A DNA stretch of 63,336 nucleotides, counting the filler, from Choristocarpus tenellus KU-1152 (lineage: Eukaryota; Protista; Phaeophyceae), in assembly GCA_964200185.2 (NCBI GenBank). It is 9 parts of 9 records of this genome, joined end to end, with 100 filler letters (N's around TTAATTAATTAA, not from the genome) between each part and the next. Parts side by side here need not be neighbours in the genome. Positions count along the whole stretch, not along the records: positions 25,484 to 28,143 come from CAXNAD020025876.1; positions 28,244 to 41,008 come from CAXNAD020001710.1; 7 more parts are not named here. One strand, 5' to 3'. Of this stretch, positions 25,900 through 39,168 are shown piece by piece; the first letter of the stretch is position 1; each line of letters opens with the position of its first letter. The notes below the pieces were generated by a model, which saw nothing but the letters and a program-made list of their open reading frames with translations, did no database searches and was not told the origin of the DNA. Both the position numbers and the translations under genes were made by a program.

Positions 25900-28800
25900 G
25901 GTTGAAAGAGTGGAAGATTTTTTTCTCCCCATTCAGTAATCAATCTACATTTTGTGCCTCATGTCATGTCACTGAATATTTGTGGGTTTTGGAGAGGCCT
26001 CCTCCCAAGTCTTCCAGGAATTTTGAAGCCCATTGGTTGGCAAGGAACCAGTGCCATATCTACAGATAGGATCATTCAAGTGGTTCCACAATTTCTGAAG
26101 ATACAGTGATGCAATACAAATCAAGTACCTCTTATACATAATATATAAAATTGTCTGTTTCAACTAAGTCACCTCTCCATCATATGCCTGTCCTAGCAGC
26201 AGGGGAACTCTTAATCTCATTAATCTGATCTGATTCTAGAGTCACACTATTCACAGGTACGTTTGGCTAAAAATGTAGATGCTGTTTGCAAGTGGTAGCT
26301 TTCTACTAGGACAAGTGTGTGTCTGTGGACTCTACATTCTGCATTACAGGAACATATACTTCAAAGTGTTCCAGTATCTAAATATCCTCATATTCTTTGG
26401 ATATTTATTTTATTGCATCGAATCATCAATTTTCTACTAGGAGACTCTTTTTTTCCAGGGATCTACACGATTCCACCTTCGCTGTTTAGGCGGCTTTTGT
26501 CCTTGGAGGCTCATCCAGCTGTATTGAATGAGCTGTGAGGATTGCTGGCAAGGTCACAATGACCGTCGTTGTCTTTACCATGACACAAAACGGTAACTTT
26601 GGGGATTTTTACAAGGTGGTTCAGTTTATGAAAAACATGAACATCTGCAATCATTTTTTACAGTACAGCTACAGTTGCAGTTTACCTCATACCTTTGGTT
26701 GGAGTTCTGTTTTTGATGGTGCAATCGTGGTTGTTTTGACTTGATGGTATAATTTCAGTTGGGGTTTTCACAGAACGGTTACACTTGTACCTATTTTTTA
26801 CATGGTTGTGATGGCAGCGTGACTCTTAAATGGCTGTGCATAGCAACTAAAGTGGCTCTCAAATGTTCCCAGTCGTTCAGCTATTGCGTTAGGAATGGCA
26901 AAGGGGTTGGTGATCAACCATTATTTGTTGTTGTCCTCTCCCCATAAATAATACGTAACACGTTTGTATATTTGATGCTTGCATAATCTATTGTGGGTTA
27001 TAGCACTTTATCACTTGTCTTCTTCGAAGGACGTCATGGATGGTCTAGTATAGAAGAAATGGAGGATACTATAGTGTTATTTAAGCACTTATTATACGAT
27101 GCAGGCTGTGGGTTTCGAAACGACGTGTTCAGAAGTAAACTAAATAATGAAATCAACCTGGATACTCCAGATGACACACACCTTTTGTGATATACAACCT
27201 CCCAAGGGGACTTGTCCATAACAGATACTTTTTAGAGGAACTTAATCTAGTAGTAGGCACCTTAGACAACTCATTGAACATACTGTCAGCAATAATTGAA
27301 CATAATGAAATTAATTGATGAAAAATAACAAGAGAGGAGCAAGTTGAAGAGATGGATATTGTACATATGATAGGATAAAGCATGTCCCAGAATAGAAACA
27401 TAACCGATATCGGGCATTTTTTTTTCTGGGAAAGAACCCACACTGAACCGGTTTGTATACTCCTGACAGGCATTTCCTCTATTTTAAGTGTGACAAGATA
27501 AGAGGGAAGGCAACACCTACTCAGAGAAAGTATATTGAGCATAGAAGGGAAAAGGCAAGTTTATGGATCAAATGACTCAGGAAACATTGCATGTTTATAT
27601 ATATATATATATATTCTCTACTATATCATTCTATTTTATTATATTCTTGTACTCATTGATATTCGGAATGTAATTACGTATCAAAGTATTAAAGGATTGT
27701 GTTTGATTCACGCTGGGGGGCATGGAGTAGGTAATCATTATGCATTTCTTTGGTCATAGGTGGTGTGGGAGTCTTGGGTTTATTCATTGACAAACCACAC
27801 AAGACTCATCCCGAACTGAACTTTGTAAATGGGCAAGCCACCCAAGAATAACAAATGTGCACTCAAAAGGTCACATGTGATGTTAGAGGATTGGAACTTG
27901 GAACCATTTTAAAGCCAAGTCAGAGAAGTGTACTTCTTAACTCTTGAAGCAGACATCCAGAAGGAACAACAATTGTCTACTCTAACTAGGTAAGGCGCAA
28001 GCTGACTCTGTTTGTATCTTGCGACCTTTTGGACGGACACTCCCAAGGGGAACAGAAGCATATGGGTCAAAGTATCTGGGGGGGGGGGTGTCCGCGTCCG
28101 TTTTTCACTCTTTTCTTGATTTTCACTTTTTTGGTGTGATTTGNNNNNNNNNNNNNNNNNNNNNNNNNNNNNNNNNNNNNNNNNNNNTTAATTAATTAAN
28201 NNNNNNNNNNNNNNNNNNNNNNNNNNNNNNNNNNNNNNNNNNNGATATTATATATGCACTTTTTTCGTTTTTGGACAAAAGGAACCACTGGTTGAGCCCC
28301 CCCCCCCCCCCCCCCAGATACTTTGAGTCTAGTTACATCACATGGACTCAATCAAAATGACTATCTCTCATAGACAAAAAAGGTACGCATCACTATTGTC
28401 CTATTTTGCACAGAAATAGGGTGTCTGAGTGGAGGACATGGCGACAATTGCCTTTTCCTAGGGTACAAATCAAGTCAACTATCCCTTGGATGCCCACCTG
28501 AACAATGTGTGGCACTGGGTGCAAGCGAAACCAAGCCCAAACGGAATCACTGGACTTAGAACTATATGGAAAGGTGAAGAGATCACGCAGCTCATTTAAT
28601 GTGAACTAGGGTCGACAACCACACCTCGCACATAATCTTCTCGGTTCATAGTCGCTTATTGAAACCATAGTAATATTGGCCATTCTGTTCTGTGACAAGG
28701 AACAAAAGTGGATCTTTTTCATGCATAGTGTAGGTTGTTACTAGTGCGAAAGTTGTTGAAATGAGTCCCAGTCTAGAGCCATGTCGTGCGTGCTCTCAGT

Positions 28801-28943
28801 TGAAATTTTGAAACTGTTATAGAGGTATATTTTCCATCTATACCTGCCACACTCTATTGTAGTCAACGGTGTATCGGAAAGGATCTATGCTCGAATGGAA
28901 AAGGTGGGTCAGACTGTGGAACTGAAGAGACGTACAATTTTTT

Positions 28944-29203
28944 GAGTGAAAGTATCTTAGAGGGTAGGTTTTTGCCCTATTTGTCCGTTTGGGGCTTGGC
29001 TTCCCAGAGGTGTTTAATGGCATTTTCCTACTCTGAAATGTTTCGGAGTAGGAAAATGTGTACGTTATCAAAAGGTGTGTCTGGAACAAGGATATATTGA
29101 CACTTCCTAACAAACACAATAGTCAAAATTACAGCAAAATCGGAACATTGGATTCTTGCCCCCAAATGGACGCAGCTCTACCCTCTAGAAGATACGTTAA
29201 CTC
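28944..29203 (+). mobile_element. MITE family A full copy (260 bp)
   Basis: TIRs GAGTGAAAGTATCTTAGAGGGTA ... TACCCTCTAGAAGATACGTTAACTC; flanks TTTT/TTTA. Confidence 0.85.
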
Positions 29204-32200
29204 TTTATTCAAATTCCGTGCAGACATTGACCAATGAACATTTGTGGTGTTTACATATGAAGAAGATTGTTCTAGATGCCTAACGGTCAACAAAACATTG
29301 TGTTCCTATTCCCGAAAAGTGTCAATGTCATAAAACTCGACACAATTTTCATATTTTCGGAAAGATCGCGTGTAGGAATTAAAGACTTGTTTCAGTTCTT
29401 TGAAACCTCTTCATCCACTAAATTCATTTAGAAGTGGTTAACCTTTTGTCTGCGGGGGAGTCCTGGTGGTTGCAATGTTATGGGTGGAAGTTAAGTGGTC
29501 TATTTTTTGGGTTGTCTAATCTCACATGCCATGACCTTGACTACATGACATTAGAGAAAGAAGGAACAGAGTCACCAGGTAGGTAAAAACCTTACTGTCC
29601 AGGCTATCTGGGGGTTTATTGTTGTTCAACGATGTTTCACAAAAACAAGTGATCCAGCACAGGGGTATCACAATTGGTGCTCTGAGGACTTTGCCACAGG
29701 CTGAATCATGGAGAAGGGAGACCTTGAAACGAACATGAGAAATGGCTCAAATGGGTGAAACGGTCAAGTTGCTAGCCTTAGGTGATGCTACCAGATGTGT
29801 CCAGATGAAGAGTTGGAGCTGAAGGTGACTGAGGAGGATGAGAGCGAGCTGAGGGAGGAGAATCGCACCGCTCGCCCAGAGGATGACATCTCCTGTGCAG
29901 TAGATATCGGAGATGTTGAAGAGAGTGACGAAGAGCAGGAGAAGGATATGGACGAGGTGGAAGGAGACATGGAAGACCGTGTAACAAGTGTTGTCTTAAC
30001 ATGCGTTCACTGCCAGTGTTGGGTTCCTCAATATTAGTCTTGAAATATCGCCGTTTTTCTCAGCAAGACGAAATCTCCATCCCTTCCAACAATCTCATAA
30101 TTCCATCTGTAATTGCTCCATACCATGTGCTGCCTATTGAGTCCTAATTTTGTGCTAATCCTACAAGATACCCCTGACTCTCACACTCACTGGCGTCCTT
30201 ACGGGTCAATAATTAACGTGCTGACAACTTACATAAATTTCATGGGTTCAAACCCCTTCAACGCCAGACTTCTTTCCATGGTTAGGGTTCTGGTTCTACG
30301 GAACATATTCCTTGAGACAAGCACAACAGATTGAATACCTGTATTGTCCTATCCGTGGCTATATCTAAAAATTATTTCATGTATCCCTTATCCAATTTGC
30401 GCAAAGAGTTATAAAAGTACTTGCTCATATGCCTACCTAGCCTACCTATCAGTTGCCTACTTACGAGATTATTTTGCAGTTCCAACCACGATGATGTGTG
30501 CACTTGTTCAAATGGCATCCTCCCACAAGACGAATCAGCGTGGGGGGCGATCACCATCGATTTTCTTGTAAAGAGGAGGACTTGTTAAACATTTCAATCC
30601 CAGCAACCGGCAAAGCACAACTCTAGCATGAGCGAAAATGGAGAGGCATTCCATGCGGTATATGGTAGATGAATGCGATACTTCCTAGAATTTGGTGACA
30701 CCTATGACTACAATATGACTTCATCCTCCACTAAATTCATCATTCAAAATAAATTTCTAGTGAGCATGTGTACACACACCTGTCTCGGATGGTATCCAAC
30801 TATGACACACTAGAACATTTTCTATTTTTGTGAGTGTGACAGATAGTCATGTTCGCTATCAATATCAAAATCGTGATTTTTAGAGGCATTATTTGAAAGG
30901 GTATAGTTGTGTACACTCACGAAAAAAAACCTGAGTTGCCCAAGTAATGCGGGATGTAAGTTGAGTTATATACATAGGTGTCAATACATCTTAGGAAGTC
31001 ATCTTCAACAATCAAATACGGTATGGAGGCCCCTCTGTTTCGGCCTACATTTGAGTTGTGCTTGATGGATTGCTGACTTCGAAGTGTCCAATAGGACCTC
31101 TTAGTATGGACCTCGATGGTGACCACCCTCCACTCTGATTCATCCTGTGAGAGGACATCATTTGCCAGGTGTAGGGTCCCTTAGGGTGTACTCTGTCTCG
31201 TTAGCTTTGAGTGTTTGACAAAGGGCAAGGTTCCCAGCATCTGGTTTCCGTTGAGCTTGAGTCTCTGGGCAGCGGACTTCACCACAGTCCCAATTCCACG
31301 GATAAGGATTTACCCTGTTTATTTTCTAATGAGATTATGTATGATGGCAAGAGGTGAAGAAGTGGTGGACGACCGTGATCCCTACCCTTGCAATTGCCTG
31401 AGAACCCATATGCCATCTACTCTTAAACAGCTTCCACGGCCTCAGACCAGATGTGGAGGAATTACATCATCTGTCTATATCCACGAGGCAAGGGCTTCAA
31501 GTAGCAGTTGACAAGCATCACCAGGGCATTCCACACGAACTCAATATATTGGCCGGTGTCTTCACTGAAAATCTCAAAGTTGTTTCCCACGTCCGTGTCC
31601 TCCCAAAGTTTCCTCTATTCCTCAAGTCCCTAATCCACATACCACTGAGAACTGATGTCAATATAACAGATTGAAGAACTCTTGCCATTTTAAATCATGG
31701 CGATTGTGACTGTATCGTGAATTGCAGTCTACCACCACGGCAGCATGCCTTTTGGGGAGTGCTTGTGCTGGCAGGCCTGCTAGATGTTTGTGTTGTAGAT
31801 GAGGAAGTTCTTGAAGATTATCGTGTTTGAACAGACTTCCCCACTCTATCAAACGATTCTAGTAAAAGTGAATGTGGAGTGAGAGTACGTAGTTATTACT
31901 TTGTAAATCAAAGTTTTCTCGTATAAAGAGAAATATTCGACTTTCACAAAGTGTTCGTATGCCCCCACCAACATGGTAAACTAATCCATCCCTTTACAAC
32001 ATTTCGTAACACTCTGTACTTATCATTCCTAATCCCACAAGATGTAGCTTATGCCTAATACAAAACATTGTGATACTGGGTGTCTAACCTGCTACTTTAT
32101 CATGTCTTCACATGGAGAAGGGAACTTACCAGTTCATGCTCAGGGCTGAAGTGAGCACCCCCTTAAGAACTTCATAAGCTTCTTCTACTCTGGAACGTAT

Positions 32201-33617
32201 GTCTAGGGATCTCATAATGCTACAGCAAAGGCAGAAACAACAGAATAGGAGTTTTTGTGCCAGAGTCCAAGCTGCTTGCTGGAATCTCCCGGATTTGCAA
32301 AGATGGTTCTTCTACAGGACCATCTTATAGTTGTGTGCTAACTGATTATGGTACCAACCACTCTTTGTTTTGTGCATTGTGTTTGCTCCGAATAAGACCA
32401 CCATGGTCCTTACATGCACTTGTGGTATATTCTCTTTAATTTGGTACCAACCCCCAGGAGTTAGTTGTGTTTTCAGGTCAAGATTATCATTGGGCCTACT
32501 TATATGAATTGAGTCAAAGTAAACGAGAGATACCCAGAGTTGCACTTTAAGAGTGATGACAATTATGTGCAAAATTCGGTCTTTTGACAAATGCGTATAG
32601 GATACTTTTCAAATAGTGTCGAGAAGTTTCAAGCAAAAGATAAATTAACCCTCTCATGTCAAATTTAGCACATCATCCATGAAAGTATGGGGGAATAGTA
32701 AAAGATTGAAAACCTGCCTTGTAATGCAAATCGCCCAAAAGCTGGGTACCTCTCGTTACTTTGGCTCATTCGTAGTCATGGTTCTTGTTTGTGTTTGACA
32801 TTTCCGATTGACTGATCATTTAGTAACTGTGTTATTTCATATTGATCATATCAGGTTACCGTTCTATGGTCCAGAAAAGAGTTACGTGTTTTAATCTGAA
32901 GGAGGATCAGGTCGGATTTCGTACTAACTTTCCTTTAAAGGTGCTCTTTCCTGACACCTATATCTAAGTAGTGGAATTTGTGTGACCAGGGGCTAATTTG
33001 ATGGCACATGTCTCATAAGACTTGGAAAATTGAAGAGTTCATGGCGAAATTTTGTTGAATTTACAGGACTACGTGTAGCAGTCTAAGAGATACGAATTTC
33101 TTCATGTCTGGATTATCATTCAGTGCAATCAGCATTTAGCTGTCTTGTATCTCAGCGGCATCGACTCTGATACAATTTTGAAGGATTCACAGCCGAGTGA
33201 CCACAGAGAGTTGTTTGGGCTTAGGAGGGTATTCGAATAGACTCTTCCCACTCTATCGGAAAATTCTGGCGAAGTGGATATTGAGTCAGCGTACATAGTT
33301 AGTGGTTGATAAACCAAACCTTACATAGAGAAATATTTCGGCTTTCACAGGTTGTTTGTATACCCCACTTCATTTGTGTGGGAAACTTTAAGTTGGTATG
33401 TACCAAATCTGTCACGTCACTGGTCAAGTTAACACAGATCAAGGATTGGTATTTGCGCTGAAGTTAAAGAGACTATTGATACCAGGTCTAGGGCAGAACC
33501 GTTTCTCTCCTATTGTTTCAGGAAGGATGGGATGGGAGATAGCGTTATCCGAAACCCCGCACTTGTCTCATCCTGAAGTGAGGAAGGTCATACTGACTAG
33601 AAATTAAAGCAGTGTCT

Positions 33618-33877
33618 GAGCCAAAGTATCTTAGAGGGTAGAGCTGCGTCCATTTGGGGGTCAAAATCCAATGTTGCGATTTTGATGTAATTTTGACTGT
33701 CGTGTTTGTTAGAGAGTGTCAATATCCTTATTCCAGACACACCTTTTCAAAACATAGTCATTTTACCTACTCCAAAACACTTTGGAGTAGGAAAATGTCA
33801 TAAAACAAAAGCATGGGAAGTCAAGCCCCAAACGGACAAACAGGGAAAAACTTGTACCCTCTAAGATACTATCACTC
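33618..33877 (-). mobile_element. MITE family A full copy (260 bp, opposite orientation)
   Basis: TIRs GAGCCAAAGTATCTTAGAGGGTA ... TACCCTCTAAGATACTATCACTC; flanks GTCT/GCCT. Confidence 0.88.
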
Positions 33878-34330
33878 GCCTGTTCAATCCAACTGGAGCT
33901 ACACAAGGTAGGAAAGGAGGAGAGAGGACTTGCAGCGATGGAGCTGGAGTCTGCCGCTGAATTTTCAATAGTGTTAGGATCCACCATGTGACTGGTGCTG
34001 CCACTGTCTATGAAACGATCAATTATCCCATCAGTAGACAAAAGGCTTTGAAATGTGCACTGTCTACACTAAACAAATGTTGGTAATTGCTGATGTTTCT
34101 TTCACTTGATCCTTCTCCTTTTGGGATCTACATTTGGCATCAGAGTGTGATACAGAGTTGTGATAACTGCACCATTTCTTTTCTCAACCTTTTCAATTTC
34201 TAGCAACATGACCAGGCCTATTGTACACAAAGCACTTACTACTAATCTTATACTTTCTCCTGCTTTCATTTCATCTCTTGCTGCGAAATTTGGGCTTGAC
34301 TCTAAGTGGCTTGGACTGTCTATACAATAC
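33878..34330 (-). mobile_element. Possible highly degenerate Copia protease remnant
   Basis: FIDSGSTSHM resembles the Copia aspartic protease motif W.IDSGATSHM; no other domain was recognised. Confidence 0.4.
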
Positions 34331-35050
34331 AATAGGTCAAAACGTTATTATTTGAAGAAGACATGGCAAGGTTAGCCGCATCATTGAAAGGGCAATCAGA
34401 GATGCCAGAATTTATCTGTTCTTTATCTCTGCCAGTAGGTTGATCTGTAGATAGAAAGGATTGGTCTGTAGAATCTATGTTAGTAGGGTAACACTTCTGC
34501 TTCAGGGAGTTGTCAACCTCCATGATTTTCCATTTCAATGGTTGGACTATTCTCACTACTTTGATCTCTGTTTTTGGTTCTACCAGAGTCCCCTATATTA
34601 AATTGGTGTGTGCTTCTCACTTCTCAACTTTGTCCTATCTTCACAGGTAGAAGGACCATACACAGTACAAATAATGAAGACACCAAAGAACACCAACCAA
34701 TATCTTTTAATTACTCTTCGGGACTCTCAAGAGCCAGGAGTCCAGACTATCCACCGCCTTCCTAACACAGAATGGAACTGAGTTTAAAGAGTTAACACCA
34801 GGTGGAGACTGAATTACTTGAGAAGAGGAAGAATTGGATGATGGCCATGGTTGACTAGGATTGAACGATGAACTTCTTGTTGTAGGATTGGAGTATTACA
34901 ATAAAGGTTCAACTAGTGTAGGAAGAAGGTTCTCATCCAAATGAGTCATCTTAACTCAAGATAAGCATAGAAGTGTACGGTTGAGTAGATTCCACTAACA
35001 AGTAAGGTACGGATATATTCTGAAAGGAATGGGATGGACTGCATGAATAG

Positions 35051-35052
<2 letters not shown>

Positions 35053-35090
<38 letters not shown>
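35053..35090. repeat. (GT/CA)n microsatellite; others at 14207-14222, 37144-37167, 41742-41778, 47088-47128; (ATTGT)n at about 5212-5270
   Basis: Directly visible. Confidence 0.95.
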
Positions 35091-35091
<1 letters not shown>

Positions 35092-35517
35092 AAACAGCGG
35101 TTTACAATTTGTGTTGTTGGCCCTTTATGTGATTGTGAATGGTGATGGTCAGAGAGATAGCGACAACTGTAGTGGGATCACACTATGTGTCAACAGCAGG
35201 GGCATGTCAAACAGTGGATTGTGTTTTGCACTGTTAAGAGTTTGTGTGATGGTGAAAGGTATTATCTTGCATTGAATGTTTGGTGAAATACCTTCAAGAA
35301 CAAGTAGAAATGTGGAGCAAGTAGTATAGGTCAAGGAACCAGCTGTCAGAACAAAATATACAGAGTGATCGGGAATTCTTGACTGAACAATACTTCATGA
35401 CAAAAGTAGTCTAGGTCAAGATTTTGACCTAATGGATGTAAGACCGATGGATTAATGACACAGACCTTCTGAAGAGTGCAGGGGGATCATCATCATTACA
35501 TCAACAGTACTGCTTGC

Positions 35518-38500
35518 TCATGAAGAATCCTGCACATCAACGTTCACGAAGTGGCTTACGGGTGAACCTTGGAGGATAAAGGGGGCAGTGTTGAAACGCC
35601 CTCCAAAGGCGATGATATAACCTAGTCCGATGAACAGTTGGGGGTTCACCATACGGACCTGAAACAAAAAAAGTCGAGTGGGAACAGTTTATACTACAAC
35701 GAACTCACTGCACTATTCATGCGGTCATGGAGACCTAAGACAGTTGGAAAAACAAAACAAATGGTTGTTGTACTTTCTCCTAGCTTTTCATTGCACAGGA
35801 TAGAAGCAGAAGGCATTATCAGAGGAGTACTATGTAGTACTTGAGTATTAAAGTACAGTCAGTGTACTTCAGAGTTAAATGACCACGAATGACGTCTTGG
35901 GGTTCATTGAAACAGGTTCATACTTCAACAAACACAGCTATGACTGACCCCCCCTCCCCATAGCCCCCACAGGCAACAGTTTCAGAAGGTGTTGAACAGC
36001 GCAATTAAAAAAAGTTATCCACATGCGTTGAACAGACACATAACCTGGGAATAAGTGTGCAAGCCTGCTTGTTTCATCAATGAAACGGAATCACAGAGAG
36101 CACCAAAGGATGGCATGCTCTTGATAAAGTAAGGGCGCTTCATCAGACGTGCAAGTAAAAATGGTCACGTCTGCCAACCAGACGAACCCCACAATAATCT
36201 GACATATATCCTGGACCATGTCCCCTAGGTATTGAACTGGTCCAGGTCTACTGGCTGGAGTGGGTCCAACATTCTCTACCATGTCCGGACTATGTTCACT
36301 GGGTATTGCCCTGATCTGCATCCGCCACCCAGACTGGGTCTAACGTTTCTGACATGTCTGGACCATGATTGGTGTTCCAACCCTTTCTGGCGTGTCCGGA
36401 CTATGTACACTACGTGTTGTACTAGTCAAGAGGTTAAAATTGACCGTCAACTTCATGGGGAAATATAAAAAAAAAATGCGCAAAATGTCAAAGGTTAACT
36501 TTTACGTGCATATAGATAGTACTCGTTCTAGTCATCTCTGGACTTTCTAGCTTCCCCATCATCAAGAACATATCCATATGTATGGGGAATGATAATGTCA
36601 GGAGGTATAACTGTGTGGAAACTATTCAATATTCAACGTTCGTGCATTTGACAATGCACTAAATATGAAATTTTGAAGTCTAAAATAAAAAATGCAAAAT
36701 AAACATAAAATTTCAATATATATATATATATATATGTGGAAATAGAAAGCAACCTACTACATGATAAATTTAGTACGTACTATTTACAGTAGCAGTACAG
36801 GACAAAAGATACAAAATACAAGTAGAGTGAACGGAGAATGGTGGACCATGGCGATGACATAGCCAGCCCAAGTATCAACAAAAAAAACTGGCTTAACATA
36901 GATAAAATACACTAACAAGGCAAAGTCCATGGCTGTCGGTACTTCAACATTTCCACTGCTGGTCGGCCTGGTACAACCAAATTCAAATATGACCAAGTCC
37001 ATGACCATCAAGTGATTCAACATGACCTGATTGTAGGCCAGCCCATCTCAATGTGACTAATGGTGGACATGCTAACCGCAAGGCCTGGTGAGATGCCCCA
37101 GATAAAATCAGGTAGGCTAATCCTCAGGGTATCTAATTCAATCACACACACACACACACACACACACCAGTCTACCGTCTTGGGTGAATCTTGAGCAATT
37201 GTCATGGTTGGCAATGTTGCATACGATGTGTTGGGCGAACATGTCTGCTAGGAACAAAAATGGCAAGAAACAAATTCACTTCAATAGGTTCAAGTGATCA
37301 ATGATGCACGCTCTAACGAGCTGTATTTTCGACATACCCCAAAAAAGTTGAAAGAGGATGGCAAGTGTACATCATCGGATGTGACCAAAAGCCTGAAACA
37401 TGCATACCCTTTACGGGAGCATTATGAGCATTATTGATTCAATTTTCTTGTATCCCTTTGTGTGTGTGGGTTTCGAAACAACTGTAATACGCAGCGAAAA
37501 AAAAAGAATGTTCCTTGCAATTCCATGTGTCCCACAAGGCAAGAAGGGACATGTGGAAAATAGAATCCAAATATCAAATTTCTTGTTCTTGACTGATAGC
37601 GACGCAATGCACACAAACTGTGCAATTAATAGTAGTAGTGTGACAGCACACTACTCCTGGCCTGTGTTTGAGACTTTTCACCCTATATATATATATATAT
37701 ATATAGGGAGTCAGACATACTCAACCACTGCGTTCACCTAAAGAAAAATTGGTAACGTTTTCTAAGCCCAGAAGAAAAAAACAAAAAACAAAAAACCAGA
37801 TAACGACACTCGCACAAAAAATAAGAAAATATCTCACCTCATCTCTCATGCCACCAAACAGCAGGCCGTTTTTCTTGTCCCTACCATAGTTGAAGCGCAT
37901 GGAGTTGCCGCCGTCAAAAACACTCCCATCAATATTAGTTACTCCAAACCATCGTGTGCGAACAATTGCCTTTCTTGGCGCATGTATTGCCCAGCCTGAG
38001 TTGGCCTCCTCACTGTCCAAAACCACGCGTGACTCGAAGATATTGTAGCCCTCTGATGAGCATGGGTGCACCGCCTTACCAAGCCAGCGACCTGGCCTGG
38101 TTGGGATGAGAGACAGGCATTGGGAGACCAACGGCATCCGTCCCAACGTAACGTGGGAAAGGACAAGAGGACAACATATTGTATGGTTTGTATTCCCACC
38201 AGGCAAGGGCTTGATACGCATATATCATAGAGAGGTACAGCCTGGGTAGAGAAAGCAACACATCAAGTAATGTGATGCTTCCCCCCGTCTCCAATGCTAG
38301 AGATCTTTGTCTGCACCAGTCAGCAACCTGAACCAATGTTTTTCCTATTGCCTCACCCCCAAACCCAGTTTGTGATGAATGATGCTACTGGGTGCAACAC
38401 TCCCATGGGCAGCGCTCGGGCAAAATACTCCCCTTCCAGATCACCAGCACTTGGACAGGGACTTGCGTAGAATAGCTGCATAAATCCCGCCTTGTCTTGG

Positions 38501-39168
38501 TTGCCCGCAATTCATGAGGAGAAAACATATTTTAAAGTGTTTAGATATCTGAAAACAAGGCCTCTTGTACTGGAACTTAACTCCATATGATTGGAATCGC
38601 ATTGTCGGAGACGCGATGCATATGTGCCGTGCATTTTTTTATGAAGTACATGTTTCGAAAAAATGCAAAATCGGCAATTAATAGTACGTACTAGACCACA
38701 ACATCCACATCTGACAAGCGCTAGTTTCATTGGTGTCTCACCAAGACGTTCGACATCCACAGCAGTCGCCTCCTCCGCAGAAACACCCAATATTTTACTC
38801 TGAGTCTCTCCTTTGTAACCTTTCACACCACCTTGAAGAGCGTTTACGACCGAAGCCCCGACCAGGGCGGCGAGGAGAGTCGCAGGAACATGATACAGCC
38901 CACATGCGACCATCGAACAGGGTCGTGAAACCCGCCGATTCTCGCTTGGTGACGAAAATACATCTCGCCATCTATGTCCTGGGTGAGGCATTCTTAGTTG
39001 AGTTGCAGTGTGTTTCGAGTTTCTGGGCCAATTTCGGCTGGGGATACAAGGTTCTGGAAGTTGGGAAGAATAACTCAGAGGCGAACCACCAGGATGGGAT
39101 AGAGGTGTGAACTGTGAATTTGGTGGAATGAAAGCAGCCAAATGGATCAACATCGCTGTCAGACCCAT
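35518..39168 (-). CDS. Complete 4-exon gene (321 aa): probable plastid-targeted protein with a GXWXG/DUF4334-like domain; exons 39168-38742, 38495-38357, 38096-37838, 35658-35518
   Basis: Phases 1/2/0 give one open frame from ATG to TGA. Leader MGLTAMLIHLAAFIPP is ASAFAP-like. Core: FMQLFYASPCPSAGDLEGEY..WGPGRWLGK..GYNIF..SVFDG..MRDE|VRMVNPQLFIGLG..PFILQG. Confidence 0.8.

Noticed and set aside
27029-27380. Protein-like frame EMEDTIVLFKHLLYDAGCGFRND... with in-frame stops
   Set aside because: No recognisable family; cannot be supported without a search.
29795-31850. Acidic ORF and neighbouring broken minus-strand frames
   Set aside because: Probably decayed TE or gene debris; no diagnostic motif seen.
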